Assembly (NCBI GenBank): GCA_037445735.1
Contig: JBBIJY010000017.1
Location: 1-60,621, forward strand
DNA length: 60,621 nucleotides
Direction: 5' to 3'
Origin: Armatimonadota bacterium
GTDB lineage: Bacteria; Armatimonadota; Fimbriimonadia; Fimbriimonadales; GBS-DC
In this document: piece after piece, positions 29,658 through 37,509 of the stretch
Position numbering within the stretch: position 1 is the first letter of the stretch
Layout of the letters: each line of letters opens with the position of its first letter
Translations under genes and position numbers: made by a program
Notes under the pieces: generated by a model
Told to the model about the DNA's origin: nothing
Database searches by the model: none
What the model saw: the letters and a program-made list of their open reading frames with translations, nothing else

Positions 29658-31529
29658 CTATGAAATCACATAGCGGCGCACGCGATTGCGAATGGGCTTG
29701 TTGATCTCCTTCTCCTCCAGATGCCACACGGTGGAGCCTTTATGCAGCTCGAAGCAGGGATAGGCGCTCAGCAGGGAGGCGGTCAGATCGCGTCGGGTGC
29801 GTCGCACCACATTCAGCTCGTTATGCAGGGTGATGAAGTCGGCGCCGGTCGGATGCTGGCGCAGCACCTCAATCAGCAGATGGTAGGTGGACATCGTGTC
29901 GGCTTTGCTCTGCAGATCCAGCAGCTTCTGGAAGCGTGCGGGCGGAATGGCGAGCAGGGGATCCACCTCGCCTGTGTAGATGAACCGATAGGTATCGGGT
30001 CGGTCGGTGCGATGCAGTTCGAAGATAGCGCCGGAGCGCACCTCCAGCTCGGCGAATCGGTCAAACAGCCCGAACAGCAGGTGGTTGTTGTAGTTGAGCC
30101 ATACTTCGTATTTGCGCCCCTGCTCGTCGATGAAGGTCAGCTGCTGGATATCGGGCGTGTCCTCAAAGAAGCCTGCCGGGATCTGGCACAGCGGCAGCGT
30201 GCCCAGATCGGTGTGAGGCAGACGCAGCACCACTCGCACCACGCTCGGAATCTCTTCGGGTCGAACGGGCGAGTCCTCGTCGTTCACATCCTGCACGCGC
30301 AGGTCGTGGATCTCCTGACGCAGCGGGCGTGGATACGCCGATTCATGCACCAGAATGTCGTACCGCTCGCCCTGCTCGTTGCGCACATCGGGCAGCGGCG
30401 GGAACGCGAAGGCGGCGGGCACCTCCAGCACATAGGGTGGCACATCACTGTGACGCCCGAACCGATCATAGCCAAACCATGCGATGCGCATGTCGGCAAT
30501 CAGCGCGGAAATCAGCGTGTCCAGGTCTTCACGGAAGGTGCGACTGGCAGGCGAGACTTCGAACATCTCCTCCAGAATGCTTGCCGCATGCACGATCCCG
30601 GGCTGATTGAGGATATGCGTGACAATCTGCTCCACTTCGTCGGGGCGCAGTTCCAGAGGCTGCATCTCCTCTTCGGGCAGCTGGCGGTGCAGTTCTTCCG
30701 CTAACTGCAGGGCGCGCTGAAGCCATTCGGCACGCACCGATTCGGGATACCATCGCCCATCACTGCCCCACACATAGGCGCCCGACTGGTAAATCTGCTC
30801 GAAAATTGCCACTGGATCATACGGGTAGACCCAGCGCGGGTCGGGCGAGAGCGTGAGGTACCATCCGAGAAAGCCCAGAATGCGGTTCGGCAGCGGCTCC
30901 CTGACGCGCTGCAGGAACTGGAGCGGTGTGTCGGGCTGCTGCCAGTCGAGCGTGCGGGCTTTTTTGAGGTACGGTTCCACCTCCTGCCAGGTGAGGTCGT
31001 TGTAGAAGAGGGCGTCCTGCGCCGCGCGCTCGCGCTCCTCCGCTCGCTCCCACTCATACGGGATCGGCTCGATCCAGTCGGGCACAAACAGCCACTCGCG
31101 CAGCCCGATCAGCCCGCCTGGGGTACAAAAGAGCGTCTCTGAGTTCTGACACACGCGCGGCAGAATGGTCTCGTAATATTCGAAGCTCCGTCGATAGTGC
31201 GCCCCACACTCGCGCGCAATCTTCTCCACCGGGATCGGCGTGCCCACCATGCGCACCACGCGCTCCACGAAGGCGACCAGCGGCAGGCGCGGCGATACCT
31301 TGCGATAGAGCGGGAGCCAGCGCCGCTCCTCCTGCAGGAAGCGCGACGGCTCGTTCAGCAGCACCGCGCGCAGCACCGCCGTGTTCAACGACAGATGCTG
31401 CAGGCGCGCTGCCAGCTCGTTCGTGCGCAACGGAACCAGCGAATCCACCATAAACGCCTGCAAAATCTCGCCCAGCAAATAGTCCAGCGCCAGACGGTCT
31501 TTCGGATCCTGTACCAGCGTCTCTATCAT
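29658..31529 (-). CDS. Hypothetical protein, possibly multi winged-helix
   Basis: Long ORF with genome-typical codon usage; wHTH-like segments by inspection only. Confidence 0.75.
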   Translation of the reverse strand: MIETLVQDPKDRLALDYLLGEILQAFMVDSLVPLRTNELAARLQHLSLNTAVLRAVLLNEPSRFLQEERRWLPLYRKVSPRLPLVAFVERVVRMVGTPIPVEKIARECGAHYRRSFEYYETILPRVCQNSETLFCTPGGLIGLREWLFVPDWIEPIPYEWERAEERERAAQDALFYNDLTWQEVEPYLKKARTLDWQQPDTPLQFLQRVREPLPNRILGFLGWYLTLSPDPRWVYPYDPVAIFEQIYQSGAYVWGSDGRWYPESVRAEWLQRALQLAEELHRQLPEEEMQPLELRPDEVEQIVTHILNQPGIVHAASILEEMFEVSPASRTFREDLDTLISALIADMRIAWFGYDRFGRHSDVPPYVLEVPAAFAFPPLPDVRNEQGERYDILVHESAYPRPLRQEIHDLRVQDVNDEDSPVRPEEIPSVVRVVLRLPHTDLGTLPLCQIPAGFFEDTPDIQQLTFIDEQGRKYEVWLNYNNHLLFGLFDRFAELEVRSGAIFELHRTDRPDTYRFIYTGEVDPLLAIPPARFQKLLDLQSKADTMSTYHLLIEVLRQHPTGADFITLHNELNVVRRTRRDLTASLLSAYPCFELHKGSTVWHLEEKEINKPIRNRVRRYVIS

Positions 31530-31591
31530 CGTCGTTATCCCTCGATTCACTCTCGGATGGTTCTCTCCCGCGTTTGCCGATGCACCCAATA

Positions 31592-33247
31592 TTATGGCAC
31601 ATGGGCGCGCCGTGCCATGCGCAGATGCGTTAGCAGCCCCAGCAGCAGTCCGACCGCCAGCCAGCCCATCCCGGCTCCCACCATCACCTGAAACGAATCG
31701 GCGGAGGTGACGCGGAGAAATCCCGATGTGCGATACATTTCACCAATAAAGTCCAGCAGTGCCATCGGGAACCAGCACCACAGGATGGGACCTGCATCCT
31801 CGAAACGGTCGGGGAACTCGCCAATCAGCAGCGCCTGCAGCAGAAGGGGCACAAGTATGAGCGCAACGGTGAGCGTGATGGCGAACCAGCGGGCGACGCC
31901 CAGCCCGTGATGCCCCACCAGCGCGGATGCCAGTCGTGCCACGCCCCACAGCAGAACCCAGACCCCGTACAGATAGAACATCATCGTGAACGCCGCCATC
32001 TGCTGAGCCAGCGTGAGCGCTTTCCAGATACTGATGCTGCCCAGCACCACGGCGCCCGACACAACGAGCCACAGGAGCGTAATATAGGGCAGCGCGCCCG
32101 CCGCCGATGCCCGAAACATCCGCCACAGATTGAAAACGCCATCGTCCACCATCGGCTGCTCGTCCCGCCTGCCAATCGGGGATACCAGCAGCACAATGAG
32201 ACCCATCGTGCCCGCAATCAGCAGGATCAGCAGAACCACGAACTCAAGCCCACCGCCACCGGTTCGGATTGCGGTTGAAAACCCGGCTGCCATCAGGTAC
32301 ACATAAAGCCCTGCAACCACGAGCAGCTGGCGACGGAAGGAGGGCAGCACATCTTTGTCGTAGAGTCCCACCCGTCGCGCTGCACCCGTCATCACCAGTC
32401 GCACAAACAGCAGGCACACCACGAGGCTGACCACCCACGCGGGGATCTGCATCGTGCCCAGCTTGAGGTAAAAGCCTGCCACCAGCGGCGCACTGAACGG
32501 GTTCAGCAAGCCCAGCGGTGCCAGCAGCTCCTGACCCGTTAAACCCGCACCACCTGAACCACCAGGGGAGGTCATCGCCAGGCTGAGCAGCGTGAAGGGG
32601 AGTGTTGCGCCCAGATAGAAGAAGCAGAGCAGGTAGCCGCCGAACACCGCCCACATCGAGCTGCGCGAGTATGCCGAGGTGAACAGCGCGACCGCGCTCA
32701 GGCACAGTCCGCTTAACGCCAGCATAAAGTAGCTCTCCAGCACCTCGCCGAAGGTCGTGCCGCCCAACAGCACGCACACCGCGCTGGCGGGCAAAGTGAG
32801 CGCCAGCAACAGCACCAGAAAGGCGAACGAGCCGACCAGCTTGCCCGTGAGCAGCTCGCGCGCGCTGAGCGGGGTCGTGAGCAGCAGATCGAGCGTGCGT
32901 CGCTCCCGCTCCTGCGTGACGGCGCCCGCCGTCAGCCCCGGCGCAATCAGCACGATCAGCGCGGTCAGCGTGCCAAAAATCACCCAGTAGAATTGTTGCA
33001 GATAGGTCTGGGCGCGGTAGGGATCCATCGAAATCTGGCTGCCGAGCGTGCCCATGTAGGCGATGCCCACAATCAGCAGCAGAAAGAGCAGATACAGCGC
33101 CTGCAGCCAGTAGGCGCGCGCCAGCCGCACGCGCACGCGCAGCTCCCGCGCCACCACCGGATTGCCCAGCACCTGCGTGACGATGCCCGTCCCGTAGCGC
33201 CACCAGTCGCGCCACCACGACCGCCGAACAACGGTTGCACCCGCCAT
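31592..33247 (-). CDS. ABC-2 type transporter permease
   Basis: NPVVARELR, QERERRTLDLLLTTP, GKL motif, many TMs. Confidence 0.88.
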   Translation of the reverse strand: MAGATVVRRSWWRDWWRYGTGIVTQVLGNPVVARELRVRVRLARAYWLQALYLLFLLLIVGIAYMGTLGSQISMDPYRAQTYLQQFYWVIFGTLTALIVLIAPGLTAGAVTQERERRTLDLLLTTPLSARELLTGKLVGSFAFLVLLLALTLPASAVCVLLGGTTFGEVLESYFMLALSGLCLSAVALFTSAYSRSSMWAVFGGYLLCFFYLGATLPFTLLSLAMTSPGGSGGAGLTGQELLAPLGLLNPFSAPLVAGFYLKLGTMQIPAWVVSLVVCLLFVRLVMTGAARRVGLYDKDVLPSFRRQLLVVAGLYVYLMAAGFSTAIRTGGGGLEFVVLLILLIAGTMGLIVLLVSPIGRRDEQPMVDDGVFNLWRMFRASAAGALPYITLLWLVVSGAVVLGSISIWKALTLAQQMAAFTMMFYLYGVWVLLWGVARLASALVGHHGLGVARWFAITLTVALILVPLLLQALLIGEFPDRFEDAGPILWCWFPMALLDFIGEMYRTSGFLRVTSADSFQVMVGAGMGWLAVGLLLGLLTHLRMARRAHVP

Positions 33248-33270
33248 CCCGATTCACACCCCTCTGCTCG

Positions 33271-33297
33271 ATTCGCCCACCGGGTCGCTGCTCCTGC
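33271..33297 (-). promoter_or_regulatory. SigmaH-type promoter GCAGGAGCA-N13-CGAAT
   Basis: Motif match 24 nt upstream of the permease start. Confidence 0.5.
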
Positions 33298-33306
33298 TGA
33301 CTCAGC

Positions 33307-33972
33307 TCAATCTGCCAGCTCGTAGGAGAGGAGCGGCTGCCCAGGTGCAGGGCGCGGTTGCGGGCGCGGCGCCTTGCGCTCCACCCGACCATCCAGCCGC
33401 AAAATCAGCAGCACACCCTTATCCCTGCCCCTGCGATGAAGGTTATCCCGCACGATGGGATAGTCGCCCCTGCGCTGCTTCAACACCCACAGCGGGTCCT
33501 CCCAGGTGTGGACCGAAACCATGGCAGACATCGAGCGGGAAACAGCTACACCAGGTGGGAGCTGATAGTAGATGGAGCGCAAATCATGGTAAACATAGTC
33601 CGTGAAGGTGCGCGTACCGTGAGCGCAGTTGAGCCGATCCCGTGCAACATAGCCACCGCGCCACATCGTGAACAGCCCATCGGGCAGTGGGAACCCCCAT
33701 CGGGCAACCAGCATCTCCCGTCGTGGCATGTCGCTGATGCCCGGATAGGAATCGATCTCCGCCTGCCAGTCGGCGATTTTGTGGTCTTCGATATAGAGTT
33801 TGAGCGCGATGCCAATCTGGTGCAGGTTCGCCATGCAGGTGCGTTGATTGGACTGCTCCTGCGCAATACGCGCTCTGGCGACCGTGCGGAAGGCGTACAT
33901 CATGGCAGCCAGCGCTGCGACGATAGCCAGCACCAGCGCTATCTCCATCGGCGTCCAGCGACCTGCGCGCAC
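33307..33972 (-). CDS. Prepilin-like / DUF1559-like protein
   Basis: RAGRWTPMEIALVLAIVAALAAM N-terminus, CMANLHQIGIALKLY, LRLDGRV; start uncertain. Confidence 0.7.
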   Translation of the reverse strand: MRAGRWTPMEIALVLAIVAALAAMMYAFRTVARARIAQEQSNQRTCMANLHQIGIALKLYIEDHKIADWQAEIDSYPGISDMPRREMLVARWGFPLPDGLFTMWRGGYVARDRLNCAHGTRTFTDYVYHDLRSIYYQLPPGVAVSRSMSAMVSVHTWEDPLWVLKQRRGDYPIVRDNLHRRGRDKGVLLILRLDGRVERKAPRPQPRPAPGQPLLSYELAD

Positions 33973-34086
33973 GCTCTCTCTGCCTCCCCACTCAAGGGGC
34001 GATAGCCGAACGCACATCCCAGAGATGCGCGCCTCTCGCTCCCTGCGCCAGAAATATTACCCGACCGCCCTGTGCAAAGAGAGAAA

Positions 34087-34174
34087 GCCCCCCTCACCCG
34101 TATCCTCTTTCCCCACCTGCGGGGGAGAGGGGCTAAACTTCTCCCTCTCCCCTCTGGGGAGAGGGTTGGGGTGA
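34087..34174. repeat. REP-like palindrome pair
   Basis: GCCCCCTCACCCGTA...GGGGGAGAGGGG...CCCTCTCCCCTCTGGGGAGAGGG, same core as about 7490-7580 and 12223-12312. Confidence 0.8.
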
Positions 34175-34195
34175 ATTGTCTGGCAGGTGGCGAAT

Positions 34196-35113
34196 CTATG
34201 CGGCAAGGTTTGCCAGCGCGTTGCGGGCAATCATGTTTTCGGGGTCGATCTCCAGCACCTGGAGGTACTCGGCGCGGGCTTCGGCGTGGCGTCCAGCGTC
34301 GCGCAGCGTGATGGCGAGATTCAGCCGGGCTTCCACATAGCGCGGGTTAATCTCCAGTGCGCGGCGGAACGCCTGAACCGCCTCCTCATCACGCCCCAGT
34401 GCGGCGAGCGCCATGCCCAGATGGTTGTGGATGTCGGCAAAGTTCGGCTGGATGGCGAGCGCACGCTGATATTCGGCGACCGCTGCCTCAAAATCGCCCC
34501 GCCGATAGAGGTCGTCGCCCAGCTGCGCATGATAGAGCGCGTCGTCGGTGGTGGTGGAGCCGAGCGTCTCAAAAAGCGCGAGCGCCTGATCGAACCGACC
34601 GTCCCTATCATGCTGCAACGCCTGCTCATACCGCTCGGAGCGGAAGCCCGCATCTAACTGCACCGCCTCCTGAATCCACTGCAATGCCTCTTCGCGCCGA
34701 CCTGTCTCGTAAAGCAGAATGCCGTAGTGGAGCTTCGCCTTCGCGAAGCGGGGATTGATGCGCAACGCCTCCTGAAGGTGGAATCCTGCGCCCTCATAAT
34801 CTTTGAGCTTGCGCAGGGCGAACGCGCGCTGAAAATGGAGGTCAGCATAATGGGGGTGGATTTCGAGCGCTTTGGCGAAGTGAGCCGCTGCGACCGCATA
34901 CTGCCCGCGCCGCAACGCCGCCTGACCCAGCTGCGCATGCGACTCAGCCACATAAAATCGGGCGAGCTTCTGAATCATCAGGTCGCGCGTCTCGGTGAGG
35001 GCGCGCTCGAACAGGCGGAGCGCCTCCTCAAATCGCCCCTCATCATAACAGCGGATGCCCTCATCGTACGCCTGATGGCGTCCGACACCCAGAAAGCGTT
35101 GCAGGAACGACAT
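34196..35113 (-). CDS. Tetratricopeptide repeat protein
   Basis: Multiple TPRs (KALEIHPHYADLH, RALAIQPNFADIHNHLG, RALEINPRYVEA). Confidence 0.92.
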   Translation of the reverse strand: MSFLQRFLGVGRHQAYDEGIRCYDEGRFEEALRLFERALTETRDLMIQKLARFYVAESHAQLGQAALRRGQYAVAAAHFAKALEIHPHYADLHFQRAFALRKLKDYEGAGFHLQEALRINPRFAKAKLHYGILLYETGRREEALQWIQEAVQLDAGFRSERYEQALQHDRDGRFDQALALFETLGSTTTDDALYHAQLGDDLYRRGDFEAAVAEYQRALAIQPNFADIHNHLGMALAALGRDEEAVQAFRRALEINPRYVEARLNLAITLRDAGRHAEARAEYLQVLEIDPENMIARNALANLAA

Positions 35114-35132
35114 GCGTGCCTCCAGTAGAGGA

Positions 35133-35160
35133 TTATCGGTCAGCACGGGGGGTCTTTTTA
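35133..35160 (-). promoter_or_regulatory. Sigma28-type promoter of the TPR gene
   Basis: TAAA-N16-ACCGATAA. Confidence 0.5.
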
Positions 35161-35175
35161 GACCCCATCCGCCTG

Positions 35176-35202
35176 GCAGGAGAACGGGCAGCCAGCGCGA
35201 AT
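35176..35202 (+). promoter_or_regulatory. SigmaH-type promoter GCAGGAGAA-N13-CGAAT
   Basis: Motif match just upstream of the RBS of the UPF0145 gene. Confidence 0.5.
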
Positions 35203-35226
35203 CTCCCTCTTTCACAGGAGGTGGCT

Positions 35227-35553
35227 ATGGTCATCACAACGGTGCCAGAGGTGCCAGGCTACCGCATCGTGCGGGTGCTGGGCATCGTGAAGGGCAACAC
35301 GGTGCGTGCCACGCACCTGGGCAAAGATATTCTGGCAGGCTTGCGACAGATTGTGGGTGGCGAACTTAAGGAGTACACCGAGATGCTCACCAACGCGCGG
35401 GCGGAAGCCGAACGGCGCATGATTGAAGAGGCAGCGCGGTTGGGCGCGAACGCGATTGTGAATGTGCGCTACGCGACCGGGCATGTAACGCAGAACTCCG
35501 CCGAGATTCTGGTGTACGGCACAGCCGTGCAGATCGAGTCGGCGACACCATGA
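35227..35553 (+). CDS. YbjQ / UPF0145 family protein
   Basis: LGIVKG, IVGGELKEYT, LGANAIVNVRY, YGTAV. Confidence 0.93.
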   Translation: MVITTVPEVPGYRIVRVLGIVKGNTVRATHLGKDILAGLRQIVGGELKEYTEMLTNARAEAERRMIEEAARLGANAIVNVRYATGHVTQNSAEILVYGTAVQIESATP

Positions 35554-36335
35554 GGCTTGCAGGGCGCATCGCGTGGGTCACGGGCGCGGCGCAGGGGCTG
35601 GGCGAGGCGATTGCGCACCGCCTCGCCCGCGAAGGCTGTCGCGGATTGACGCTTACAGACCTGCAATCCGACAAACTGCAGGCGGTCGCCCAGGCAATTG
35701 AGCGCGAATCGCCCGCCTGCCGCGTGCTGGCGCTCTACGGCGATGTAACAGACGAAGCCCATGTCGCCGACGCTGTGCGCCAGACGGTGCAGGCGTTCGG
35801 CAGGCTCGATATTTTAGTTGCCAACGCGGGCGTCATCCACTCCGCGGAAATCACCGAGATGACGCTCGCCCAGTGGCGCTGGCAGATCGAAGTGAACCTC
35901 ACCGGCTACTTTCTGTGCGCCCGCGAAGCCGCGCGGGTGATGAAAGAGCAGGGCAGAGGAGTGATTATCCAGATTAACTCCAAGTCGGGGCTGAAGGGGA
36001 GCTATAAAAACAGCGCCTACGCCGCCAGCAAGTTCGGTGGCATCGGGCTGACCCAGAGCCTCGCGCTGGAGCTGGCGCCCTGCGGCATCCGCGTGAACGC
36101 CATCTGCCCTGGCAACCTGCTCGATTCTCCGATGTGGCAGGAGACGCTTTTCGAGCAGTACGCCCGTAAGTGGGGTCTGCCCGAAGAGGCGATCCGGCGC
36201 TACTACGAGGCGCAGGTGCCGCTCGGACGCGCCTGCACCTATGACGATGTGTGCAACCTGCTGGTGTTCCTCGCCTCCGAGGACGCCGCCTACATCACCG
36301 GCGAAGCCATCCGCGTCGCTGGCGGACAACTCTGA
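35550..36335 (+). CDS. SDR oxidoreductase, sorbitol-6-phosphate dehydrogenase-like
   Basis: TGAAQGLG, QINSKSG, YAASKFGG, GNLLDSPM (SrlD-like). Confidence 0.88.
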   Translation: MRLAGRIAWVTGAAQGLGEAIAHRLAREGCRGLTLTDLQSDKLQAVAQAIERESPACRVLALYGDVTDEAHVADAVRQTVQAFGRLDILVANAGVIHSAEITEMTLAQWRWQIEVNLTGYFLCAREAARVMKEQGRGVIIQINSKSGLKGSYKNSAYAASKFGGIGLTQSLALELAPCGIRVNAICPGNLLDSPMWQETLFEQYARKWGLPEEAIRRYYEAQVPLGRACTYDDVCNLLVFLASEDAAYITGEAIRVAGGQL

Positions 36336-36363
36336 GGTATAATCGAGAGCGGAGGTTCATCGT

Positions 36364-36747
36364 ATGCGACTGATCGAGCGTCTGAAAAGCAAAATCCATC
36401 TGGCGCGGGTAACCGAATCGCGGCTGGACTATATCGGCAGCATCGCCATCGATGAGGAGCTGATGGACGCCGTGGGGCTGGAGCCAGGCGAGATGGTGCA
36501 TGTGTGGGTGATGGATAACGGGGAGCGATTTCAGACCTATGTGGTGCCCGCACCGCCTGGCTCGGGCGAGGTCGCCATCTACGGCGCCGCCGCCCACCGC
36601 GCCCAGAAAGGGCACCGACTCATCATCGCCGCCACCTGCTGGACCGACGAATGGATTGAACCCAAAATGGTGCTGGTCAACGAGAAGAACCAGATTGTCC
36701 AGCACCTGCCTTTTCAGGCGCAGGCAATCCCTGTCGAGCTGTCGTGA
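36364..36747 (+). CDS. panD: Aspartate 1-decarboxylase
   Basis: LKSKIH, YIG|SIAID, NGERFQTY, GAAAH. Confidence 0.93.
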   Translation: MRLIERLKSKIHLARVTESRLDYIGSIAIDEELMDAVGLEPGEMVHVWVMDNGERFQTYVVPAPPGSGEVAIYGAAAHRAQKGHRLIIAATCWTDEWIEPKMVLVNEKNQIVQHLPFQAQAIPVELS

Positions 36748-36753
36748 AGAGCG

Positions 36754-37509
36754 ATGGAAACAGCGACGGTATTGCGAGCCATTCTGTTCGATATCGACGG
36801 CACGCTGATTGACACGGTGGAGCTGATTACGCAGGCGTTGAACTACACTTATCGGAAACATCTGGGCATCGAGCTGCCCAGAGAGGAGCTGCGGCGACTG
36901 ATCGGGCTGCCGCTGAAGACGCAGATGCACTATCTGGACGAGCGCGTGGCACAGCCAGTTGACCACGAGGCGATGGAACGAGACGAGATGGCATATTACG
37001 AACAGCACCGCCATCTGGAGCGGGTGCTGCCAGAGGTGGTGCAGGCGGTGCGCATAGCCCATGCGCGTGGCTATCGAACCGCGCTGGTCACCTCCAAAAA
37101 TCGGGCGGAGCTGAGGGGCGTGCTGCCACGCCTGAACATCGATTCGGTGGTGGACACCATCATTTCCGCCGACGATTCACCGCGTCCCAAGCCGTCGCCT
37201 GACCCCGTGCTGGTCGCGCTGAATCGGCTGCAGGTGCGCCCTGACGCGGCGATTTTTATCGGCGACACGGTGTTCGACATCGCCTGCGGGCGCGCGGCGG
37301 GCGTGCAGGTCGGCGCCGTCGGCTGGGGCGCCCACCTGCCGGAAGACCTTAAAGCGGCACAGCCCGACTACTTTTTTGAGGCGCCCAGCGAACTCCTGAA
37401 CTGGATCGAACAGCTACCTGAACGAACCGACGATGGCAAGGCGCAAAAAGCAACCGATTTCCGAGAGTTCACCCGCGATCACACAGCCTATCGAGCCAGA
37501 AGCGACTGA
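36754..37509 (+). CDS. HAD family phosphatase (PpaX/Gph-like)
   Basis: FDIDGTL, VTSK, KPSPDP, IGDT. Confidence 0.92.
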   Translation: METATVLRAILFDIDGTLIDTVELITQALNYTYRKHLGIELPREELRRLIGLPLKTQMHYLDERVAQPVDHEAMERDEMAYYEQHRHLERVLPEVVQAVRIAHARGYRTALVTSKNRAELRGVLPRLNIDSVVDTIISADDSPRPKPSPDPVLVALNRLQVRPDAAIFIGDTVFDIACGRAAGVQVGAVGWGAHLPEDLKAAQPDYFFEAPSELLNWIEQLPERTDDGKAQKATDFREFTRDHTAYRARSD

